Shown here: positions 27,917 to 37,785 of the stretch, in pieces
How the letters are laid out: every line of letters starts with the position of its first letter
Numbering within the stretch: position 1 is the first letter of the stretch
Assembly: GCA_951804945.1 (NCBI GenBank)
Contig: OX638153.1
Location: forward strand, 32,426,001-32,490,000
From: Podarcis cretensis
Lineage: Eukaryota
Direction: 5' to 3'
Length of the DNA stretch: 64,000 nucleotides
Notes under the pieces: generated by a model
The model's input: only the letters and a program-made list of their open reading frames with translations
Database searches by the model: none
Told to the model about the DNA's origin: nothing
Made by a program: the position numbers and the translations under genes

Positions 27917-28495
27917 ATAACTATGCTTGGATAATACTACCTGGGTTTGACATGCCAAGATATGAACAACTCTTTTGGCTGCATAGACAGCAACTTATTG
28001 CCACCTTTATCATTGCATGCTTGAATGAAATGCAGGCATTTCTAACTAAACAGAGTTTCCCATTTTGTTCCCACTGGTAAACTATGGCTACCTGCTTTGG
28101 ACTACAGTTTCAATATCTGTATATGTGTGCCCCACCCCATTCTGCCCCCATTCCACCTTCTTCTGGGTCCAAAAGGACCCATGCATTGGCAATCACATAT
28201 CTAATAGCTATATTAGGATCTCACTTAGTCCAGTCAATGTGCCTCCACATGTCAGTGTCATTTATACATTTCGCACATGTTAGACATGCCAACAGCATTT
28301 CAGACTGAATTCCTTTCCTTTTAGTACATACATTCTTTTTAAGTACATACATACATAGTACATACAATAGTCCATCCTCTCTCCCGCCAATTTGGATATC
28401 ATAGATACAATATACAGCTGCAAGTTTGCAATTTATTTTTAATTTCACCTGGGATGTCATTTAACATAAGCTAAACAAGCCTACTTCACACTGAC

Positions 28496-28572
28496 CTTCA
28501 ATATATTTCGTCCATCAAATGACTCCCTTTCCTTGAAAAATTTGCCTGCAGATCTATTACTTTGCTCCTCAG
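28496..28572 (-). CDS. ASCC1: ASCC1 penultimate coding exon (77 bp)
   Basis: ttgcag acceptor and gtcagt donor. AEEQSNRSAGKFFKERESFDGRNILK; the KERESFDGRNILK block matches human as recalled. Confidence 0.92.
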
Positions 28573-30163
28573 CTGCAAAATAAATATATCAAATTACAGC
28601 TCATCCTAAAATGGTTTTTTCACACATGGAATACAACTCTGCACTCACCTTTTATACAAGAAAGAAAACCTGCAAATTATTTCCCAAAGTATCATGTCAA
28701 AATTCCTACAGTCATCAATATTGTTGCAAGGATTATGCAGGGCTGACAGTTCAGTGTAATAGAATCATCCAAGGGGAAACTAGAGTGTAATACTCAGTGC
28801 TCTGTCAAAGCACATTTCAGCAATAAAGCATTCTCTCATCTCTTGAATTACCAAGTCCAGCATCAAATATCTGATCACTCTGCATAGTATATATTTAAAA
28901 CCAATGAGGAAAAGTAAGCACTTGGGCAATGCATCCTTGTTCACAAGGTGTCTCTAATCTCTCACTGCCAGTATCTTGAGAACAAACTCAAGAAGATGAA
29001 TTACCCCTTAGCTAGGGTTCTGTTACTCTGCAATCTACATATTCTCCTCACAAGCATATAACCACCAATATGATTTCTGAGATGTTCATGTTTCATTAAA
29101 AACCCCTCAAAATTCTAGCTGTTGCATTGCACTGAGCTAAGCCAAGGTGTAGCTTAGCATATCATATGAACTGGAAACAGCGGTTCTCTCCTCACTAACC
29201 ACAAGCTACAATCAATAAAAAACTTCAGTGCTATCTCACTAAGCCATAGTTTGGCTTACTATGTTGTGCAAACCAGCTATCTGAAAGTACGACTTTCAGA
29301 AGTTGTCTATTTGTTATAAATAAACATGAGCAGTAGTTTGTAATTCAGGCTTGTAAGCAGCAAGCTACCTGTTCACCTGTGAGAACTGCTTCCAGGAAAG
29401 ATAGTAAAAACCGTGGTGGACTAAGAATTTTTATAATTTTTAATTTGCAGCTCAGGCACAAGATTTGAGATTGTGTGGACTCTTTGATAGAAAGTCTGAA
29501 TTTTCAGATGCAGACATCACACAAACACATCTATTAAGTGTCCTATTTGTTCCATCAGCTAAAATCAAAGACAAAATCTTGATATACAGTTAGTTGGATG
29601 AACTTAGCATGGTAGTTCTTATGGCCTTAAAATATGCAATGCACAGAGTGACTTAAGGAAATGTCCTTGTCATAGTTTGCTGTAAGCAGTATGTTAGAAT
29701 TAGTGCAAGGCATGTTCAGTTCAATTACTCAGTTACTATTCTATTTACTGATATAGTCATTCTCACTAAAACAAAACAAAACAATACAGGAGCCTGGAAG
29801 TACATAGCATTAACCAAATCCATTTTTTAGATACAGGAAATACGAATGAAGACAGTAAGAGTCTGGTCTAAAAAGCAATACACTACCCTAACTTTCATCA
29901 GACATAAGGGGAAGAAAGAGCCAATTTCTGCCAGATATAAACAGTGTGTTTAATGTTTTAACAAAAGATTTCTTCTCTGCTCTGTACTGTGTAACCTTAA
30001 TGAAGGAACCCTACTCCTTTTGAGAGTCATGAACCAATTATCTTCTGCCTAAAGGTCACAAAACAATAACAAATGAGCAACACCAAACACAGGAATCATA
30101 TAACAATTTCAGAGATCAAAGTGGTAGCTATATTTCCTCAAGGAGACCTTAACAAATGCTCAC

Positions 30164-30288
30164 CACTAGGATCTTTCCGGAAGATTGTGTTCATGACTGT
30201 GGCATGGAGTTTCACCCGATCCCACTCTTTCATCATTAGTCCAGAGGTCACAAACCGATCTGTCAGTCTATCTGCTATGAGTTGGAGC
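30164..30288 (-). CDS. ASCC1: ASCC1 coding exon (125 bp), second HxT motif (HAT)
   Basis: catag acceptor and gtgagc donor. LQLIADRLTDRFVTSGLMMKEWDRVKLHATVMNTIFRKDPS (inside ORF 30138..30560). Confidence 0.95.
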
Positions 30289-32823
30289 CTATGGAAAGGG
30301 AAAGGAAGTAAGGAAAGCCACAATTTTTTCATTACCGTAATGGGATACATAATTGTATGTTCATAACCCTGCGAGGAAAAATACATAAAATTGTTGTTAC
30401 TAAAACAACAGATGTTGCATTTACAGCCTGTCATTGCTTCAAGGTAGGGAGATATCAGTGGTGAAAGTTGGAATTGGCAGGTCTGGAGTACAGAAAAAAA
30501 TGTTTCAGTCACATTTGTCACTGGGCTTAGAATACAAGGCAAGCCTAGATAAGGGATCAATCATGGGATGAGATGGCAAAACTATGTTCTTAAGACCAAA
30601 AATATACTGACCCCACCTGAAGATGGCTTGATATCATGCTAAAAACAATTTATCTTGTTCCATGTACAACTTTGTAGTGTGGAAATCAGAAACTTGGCCA
30701 AGGATGCTTGTCTGAGATAAAGAAATCACCTCTGAATCACAAGCACTTCTTCAAGTCATGCTGGTACCTGTCACTAATCGTGTCTAGTGACAGAGGTGAT
30801 AAAACAATGTAGCTGGGAACTGACGATACCTTGCTTAACCCTAGCAATACAACACCTTCCCCTACCCTACAATGCAGACATTCCTAGGACAATGTAGTGC
30901 ACAGGCAGGTCATCATACAGGATCGTTTTATTTGGGTGTGCACATCACATTCATTTTGGAATTAACCTGCAGCACACAGCCACAGGGTGGAGCTTTATTT
31001 GGACATGTTTGTTTTCTGAAGATTGCCAGAATAACCCAAAACATTTACAGTCAAGTGTTAAGATGTATTTAGAGACAAGTCAGATGGATCGTTTTTTGTT
31101 TATTCACTGCCAAGCATAATTGAACCCATTTGGTTTAATCTGCTGCGGTACAACTCAGCTGCATGGTTTATCTGGGAATGCTTTCCAAGGCTGGTGCTTA
31201 TGAATGAATTATTCTGCCTTACGCTATTTAAAGCACAGAGTGATGGAATCCAGACAGAAGTAAAACATGAGGTCACCATATACAGCAGCTTTCCTCACCA
31301 TTTCAGCTCCGGCTTGAGATAATGGTTCTCCACAGGAAAAGTGGAAGGACAGAAAGTGATAGAAAAGAGGCAAAGCAATGCTCTCAGCTTAGAGCGCCTT
31401 CCCAAAAATGAGCAGTTGACCAAAGCAGCTAGAACTGTATAGAGCTGCCATGAGATTTTAGCTGTCTCTGATGACATCGATCATGTTGCTTCTATAAGTG
31501 GAAATATATATATATATACGCACATATATATGGCAGGGGGACTGGAGCAGATATATAACCAATGCCTGAGCCAAAAATCCACCTATATCTGTAAGCAATA
31601 AAGTTGTGTCCATTTCTAATCCAGATCATTGTCTGCTTGAGTTTATTAAATACATCTTACATTTAGCCACTGCCCATGGGGGCGGTGGCACTATGACTGG
31701 GCCCGCAATAAACAAACAAACAAACAAATAAACAAACTTTGTGGCGAGTTCCCCACTTTTTTTCCAAAAAGAAAGCACTGGTTCTACATCATCTTAAAGG
31801 CATCAGTTTAATTCCAGTTTACAACTGAATGTTTCTGAAAGGTCAAATACGGGAATCAGGAAGTTCGCTAAGTGTACAGGAACTTGTCCCTGCTAGAACA
31901 TACAAGTAATCTCCCCACACAAAAGTGTGATGATTCATATTTGTGCTAACTGCAAGCTAAATGTGTGCACTAGGGGATGAACACATTTCTAAAGCCCCGT
32001 AGCTCTTCAGTATGTTTTCTTCCTTGAAAGGACTGAGCAAGATTCATAGCACCATGGACAGAGAACATTCATTAAAACCAAACATTCCTGCTCATTAAAA
32101 TGGGAAATCATCACACAAATGGGAAGTCTTATACAATCTTGTCACCAACTCCATTAGCAACATAATTTGCCAGATAGCTCATCCCTTTCCAGCTATAAAT
32201 TGCCACCTTGGCCCTTTAGGTCTTACTCAGAGATGGAACAGTAATAAGGTTATTCCCTCTCCCTCTCTGGTCACCATTTGCTTGACAATCCTTGATGAGC
32301 TAACGCTACAGCCTGCTAGCTTTGAGCTGTCCCTTTGAAGCAGTTACTGGCCAATTTCTAGTCTTACTGATTGAATCTTATGTTTTGCCCCTCATCATTT
32401 TATTTCTGGTGATACATCAGTGACTTTTAAAATTAGCGATGACAAATGAAAGAAGTATCATCACAGATGATACTAAAACAAATTAACAAAATAGCTCAAG
32501 TGAAAATGGTGCTTTATTATGTTATAAAATTAATCAAAGAAATGAGACAAATTAAAATGAATTACAAAGTCTTTGCTACATGGGAACCATCAGAGCATAA
32601 CCTTATTTCACTGTCTCCACCCACTCCACCCCACACAGTCTAAACACAGTCTCCAGCATCACCAAGGCAAAGGAGGGAAATGGGAACTCTTATGCTTTGA
32701 GAAATCAACTATTCAGAAGCAAACAAAAATCAGAAAGGATATTTGCTTCTCACATTGCCATATAAAGGATGGATCAAGAACTTATTTTATAATCCTAAGT
32801 GTTGAAAGAGTCAGTCACTTTTC

Positions 32824-34676
32824 GAACTTCCGGGTTAGCGCGATCCGAGTAATGGCGGATTCCCTCCGAGCTCCGGAGGGAATCGGCTCCATTGCAAACG
32901 GGTCTCACCGCGACGGCGACGCGGGGACCCTTAGAAACCGCAGGCGTGGAAGCCTGCGGACCTGGTGACTCGGCGGGCACCTAAAGCGCCCCCCCGACCC
33001 ACGAAGAGCCTTTTTAAAGGCTGCGGAGAGGGTACGGGGAGTGGCGTGGTGCTGTGAGTAGACCGCTACTGCAGTGGAGCGAAGCCGCGAGCCATGGCCG
33101 GAGACCGCTGACTTTCTTCCCTGAAATTTGGACTCTAATTAATCCGTGAGTAGATTGGAATTTGGACTCTAAAAAGCTTATCCTTGAATTCGGCACGATC
33201 GGGGGATGTGCTAAAGGGAAGTCCGCACCCCCCTTGCCTACAGAAAATTTAAAGCAAAGATCGGAGAACTAAGGTGGAGAGTTCTTTCCTTGGTGTTCTG
33301 TAAAAGATAAGATTTGCATGAATTTGGCAGAAGAAGATGTGTGCTGGAGAGTAAGAGTGATTTTTTAGAAGTTTTTGTTTGAACCCCCCCAGACCCGGGG
33401 GTGTCCTTTTATGTGAGCTGGAGAATAAGGAACGAGGAGTTTGACAGCTGTCAAAGGAGCTGTCAAACGGGCAGCGAAAGTGAAAAACTCTATTATTTAA
33501 CACTTTTTGGACTTAATTTGTTATATTCGAACTAAAGTGGTTGGAAACAAAGTAGGGAAATAACAAAGTAAAGGACTATTGGAAAAGATTACTAAGTAAC
33601 TAGAATCCCCCTAGGGGAAACATTGAAACATTGCAATGGCTGCAGATGGAAAACTACAGGCAGAGCTAGAAAGAATGTTTTTTCTTGTGGGAAAACTGGA
33701 GGAGCAGACTATGGTCATGAGTAAACAACTCATAACCTTGAACTCTAAAATAAATGACTCTGCTGAAGGTACAATGGATTTGACTGGGGAAAAATCTGCG
33801 GCTGAATCAGAAGAGATAACTTTGGAACAGGGGGAGAGCGAGCAAGGGCTAGTACAGATGGAGACTACCAACCACAAGCCTTCATTGTTAGAATACAAAG
33901 AAGAAGACCCTTGGATTACAAATCTGCGAAAGATGTGAAAGAGGAGGGAGGAAGCCCCTGGAACATTTGGAACACCTGATTTTAAAAGATATAAGAAATA
34001 TGACCGGGGCTTCCTATTTGAGTATGGACTGGTTGATCTTCTGCAGCAGCTGGTGTCAAGTACTTTGGATGGAAGAAATTTTGATGAGACTGAGCTGAAA
34101 TTTCCCCGAAACCTGAGGACCAATGAGGAGGGTTACCAACAAGATCGGCAAAGAGAGACTGATAAGGACTTAAAGGCCTCAGATGTGAGGAACCCAGGCT
34201 AAAAACTGTTGTTATGGATGGGGGGACATTTGGAAGGGACAGAAACCGGGGCTGGGGGGGGGGAAAGAGAACTTGTTTTTAAATCTTTATGACTTTTGTG
34301 CTTGACTATTATGACCTATTTTTAAGATTAAAGGGAAATTCATGGAAGGAACTCGAGACGACCTTAGAAAAGGTTTTAATGTTTTATAAGAAAATTGGAT
34401 AAGTAAAATCTGGCCAAGTAAATGGTCTTTTTTATAAAAAAAAAAAAAAAACATATATTTATAGATATAGTAATAATATGTAATGGATGAGAGATTTGAA
34501 TTTGCTGAGTTAATGTAATTGAACTAGGATGTATGAAGGGGGGGTGGGGGGAGGTCAAGAACTGGGGTTAGGAAAGTAAGGTTATGAAATTTTATACGTG
34601 TTGTCTTTGTCTTTGTGTGTGTATGTTTGTCTTTATAAAATGTGAAAATTTAATAAAAATATTATAAAAAAAGAAA
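32824..34676 (+). mobile_element. Non-autonomous L1-type (HAL1-like) retroelement, copy 1, ~1.85 kb
   Basis: 20-bp TSD GAAAGAGTCAGTCACTTTTC (32804 and 34677). CpG-rich 5' end starting ACTTCCGG..ATGGCGG. AATAAA plus A-tail. One ORF, no RT. Confidence 0.85.
33636..34202 (+). pseudogene. ORF of element copy 1 (188 codons, one in-frame TGA at 33936)
   Basis: Reading through the TGA gives KRREEAPG...DGRNFDETELKFPRNLRTNEEGYQQDRQRETDKDLKASDVRNPG*, homologous to the copy 2 ORF. Confidence 0.7.
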
Positions 34677-35792
34677 GAAAGAGTCAGTCACTTTTCTTAA
34701 GGTATCAGAGTAACTAATACTGTATGTTACTATTAGTTATTAAACTCATGGAATCTACTGAGTATATCTATTAAATCCAAGTGCCTTAGCTTTTATATCA
34801 TCCCAAGTATGTATGTCCTGGTAGCACAGAATCCAGTTAATGGGTAGTGAGAGAGCTATGAAGCAATGGACACTTGGTCTTTGAAACTGTAAAATCCCAA
34901 AGTAATTAGGATCTGTTTCCACCACTGATCCTACGGATCAGATTCCTTGTAAGGCAGAGGGCTAAAGCAAATAAAAACACGGTAGTCCTTATTTTAACAA
35001 AAGCTGAGGATTAATTTGAAATGATACATTTAAATCTTGTTTTTTTAATTTTGCTGTAACTATTTACTCTGATGCTTCTTTTCAGGAAACCACAGATACA
35101 TTTCAAAGGGAAGAAAGAAGGAAATTGAAACATTCAATATACATTTGAAAAGAAAACAAAAGGAAAGGCCTGGTCTATATTTAAACTGGTTTCTTAGGGA
35201 AGGTAGTGACAACACTGAATACAAAATAAATGAACATTCATACTTTGCAAGTAGGCAAAGTAAAGAGCATTACAAAATTGTGATAACAATGTGACTTAGC
35301 AGTCAGTTGAAAAGACAGGGGCCACATTCTCGCAGGTTAGCCATCTAGACAAGTCTGAACGGGTCCAAGCAAAGTTTTCAGCTTCCATGCTCCCCCTTCC
35401 TTTCTCTGCCTTCCATGGGGCCAGGACTTCAGCAGCATTTAGTTTCATTTTAAAAGAATTTTGGCTCAGCACCACCATGTGCATCAGAGATCCTGGTTTT
35501 AAAAAGCCTATGGCTAGCCACATAGCAAACAAACTCCAAACCATGGGTTATGAAAGTGGGTTTTAAAATGAACCAAGGTTTGTTTTAAATCAGAATCTGT
35601 GGTTCAAACCTAACACTTTAAAAGTGAAACAAAACTCTGCTGAAGTCATCTTGCTCCTGACTGCATGGAAAGAGAAGATGGGAGGGAGGAGTGCACAAGC
35701 CTGATGCACTGTTTGGGCACTTTCAGGTTCACCCACATATGTGCGAACGCAGCCACTAGCTAGCAGTGGTAAGAATTTCAACCACATATTTA

Positions 35793-36467
35793 CCGTATTT
35801 TTCGCCCTATAGGACGCACTTTTTCTCCTCCAAAAATGAAGGGGAAATGTGTGTGCGTCCTATGGGGTGAATGCAGGCTTTCGCTGAAGCCTGGAGAGCG
35901 AGAGGGGTCGGTACGCACCAACCCCTCTCGCTCTCCAGGCTTCAGGAAGCTATCCGCAAGCCTTGCAAGCCCGGCGGGAGGTCCCGCGGGCTCGCAAGGC
36001 TTGTGGACAGCAACCTGCAGCCCACAAGCTCGGGGGACAGCGGGGAGGTGGCACGCCGCCACCCTGCTATTCCCGGACCTGATCTGGAGGCTGGCGGGGG
36101 GGGGGGAGAAGCAAACTTGCTTCTCCCCCCCCCCGCCAGCCCCACAAGTTCGGGGGATAGCGGGGAGGCGGAGCACCGCCACCCCGCTATTCCCGGACCT
36201 GATCTGGAGGCTGGCGGGGGGGGAGAAGCAAGCTTGCTTCTCCCCATCGCCAGCCCCACAAGCTCAGGGGACAGTAGGAGAAGCTGCTGCCCCATGGAGG
36301 CTGTCCCTGAAGACAGAAGAGGGAGACGGAGCGCTCCGTCTCCCTCTTCTAGCTTGGGGATGGCTGCGCAAACCTGGGGGGGAAATAAAAAAATTTTCCT
36401 TGATTCCCCCCCCAAAAAACTAGGTGCGTCCTATGGGCCGGTGCGTCCTATAGGGTGAAAAATACGG
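35793..36467. mobile_element. TcMar-Tc2-like non-autonomous DNA transposon with internal hairpin tandem repeats
   Basis: TA|CCGTATTTTTCGCCCTATAGGACGCAC...GTGCGTCCTATAGGGTGAAAAATACGG|TA, with ~120-bp GC-rich units inside. Confidence 0.88.
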
Positions 36468-36806
36468 TAAATTAGAACTAACGAGAGTGGAAACAGTTTC
36501 TAGTTTTCAGAAGTATCAACATTAAGCAGAAACTGCACGGGTGGATACTCCATAATTATCTCTCTCAGTAATACTACTTGTTATCAGCCCAAGGGCAAAC
36601 TCATTACAGACCCTTCTTTACCTACAAAGAGGTTGCAATAACCTTATCTCCTGGATATCTTGCGGTATATTTTCTGGCAGAAACAATCAAACTCAGAGGT
36701 TGAGAGCCTTCTCAAGAGTCATTATATTACTTTTGCAAATTCATATATAATCACTTTGTGGAATTAAAATGATTTTTTTAAATTAGAAAAGCAGGGGGAA
36801 ACTTAC

Positions 36807-36926
36807 TTGTTAGAGCCATCCTTCATGTGAACTTTTGCATAGAGAACATCCATCATGGCTGGATCATCATTCATGTACTCTACACCTGCTACTTCTACAG
36901 TTAGTGGTTTGCCTCCAGCAATTGAG
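36807..36926 (-). CDS. ASCC1: ASCC1 coding exon (120 bp)
   Basis: aaacag acceptor and gtaagt donor. DSIAGGKPLTVEVAGVEYMNDDPAMMDVLYAKVHMKDGSNK. Confidence 0.95.
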
Positions 36927-36960
36927 CTGTTTGAAAGAGGGGGAAAACACCAAACACAGT

Positions 36961-37785
36961 TGTCAGGGGCTCAGGAGCAGAAGCACAGGGAAGAGGGGAG
37001 ATGGAGAGCGAAGGGGAAGAATCTGAGGGCAGCGTAGGAGAAGATGACAGTGGCCTGAGAGATTCCATGAGCCTCTCCAGCGAATCGGAAGATTCACAGA
37101 AGGGGGCGCCGGTGGCCAGGGCAAGGGGGGTCCCAAGGGGGACACTCCAGAAGCAAGGGGCCAGCGGGGACTCCCAGAGCAGCAGTTGGAGATCAGGACC
37201 AGCTTCCCCACCTGAGCATAGTGGGGGGGAAGAGTCCCAGGTATCGGGGGTAGCGTCTCCCCCAGCAGGGAGAGAAGAGGAGTCAGGGCTGACCACGCCT
37301 CCATCGGAGAGTCAGGCAACGGAGGGGAGGTCAGGTCCAGCTAGCATCCCGGAAGAGGGAAGCAGTGACAGAAGCAGTGTAATGGTCAGGAGGAAGGTCA
37401 CTGGGTTGGCGCGAGAGCCAAGTTCAAAAGTACAGGCGCGCAGGGCAGCAGAGAACGAGGATTGGGAACCGGGTCCTAAAGCCTGCCGGAGGCAGGGGGA
37501 GGAGTCAGGGGACTCAGCGTCAGAAGAGTCCAGAAAGGGGAATGCCTCAGCGGACAGGAGGACCCAGAGGAGAAGAGAGCAGAGGAAGAGGTGGAGCAGG
37601 GCTAGAATCTTAAACTGGTGTCAGGGGGGAGGAGATTCAGACGGAACTTCGGCGGTCTAGGGTTTAAGACGTAGAGCTGCGCGCTACGGCTTTAGAATGG
37701 AAACTGAACTTCAATAAAGACTTTTGTATATAACGACGACCTGGCGTTGGTCCTCTGTGAGCTGGGACCTTGGGCAGCTCTGACA
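36961..37785 (+). mobile_element. Solo-LTR-like element, copy B (825 bp)
   Basis: TGTCAG...CTGACA termini. Perfect 5-bp TSD ACAGT (36956-36960 and 37786-37790). AATAAA near 37713. Confidence 0.88.
37001..37660 (+). CDS. Putative 219-aa protein encoded inside the LTR-like element (Ser/Glu-rich, Arg-rich C-terminal motif)
   Basis: ATG-to-TAG ORF. The same start and stop occur in copy A (10302 to 9641, -), where a +2 G-homopolymer slip splits it. Function unknown. Confidence 0.4.
   Translation: MESEGEESEGSVGEDDSGLRDSMSLSSESEDSQKGAPVARARGVPRGTLQKQGASGDSQSSSWRSGPASPPEHSGGEESQVSGVASPPAGREEESGLTTPPSESQATEGRSGPASIPEEGSSDRSSVMVRRKVTGLAREPSSKVQARRAAENEDWEPGPKACRRQGEESGDSASEESRKGNASADRRTQRRREQRKRWSRARILNWCQGGGDSDGTSAV

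Noticed and set aside
28990-29120. Possible alternative or duplicated ASCC1 terminal exon
   Set aside because: Only vague nucleotide resemblance; no consistent reading frame matching the C-terminus.
35990-36290. CRISPR-like repeat array
   Set aside because: Vertebrate DNA; the units are tandem without unique spacers and lie inside a TA-flanked transposon.
35790-36458. Overlapping 130-195 aa ORFs in four frames
   Set aside because: Produced by GC-rich tandem hairpin repeats inside a MITE; no transposase motifs.
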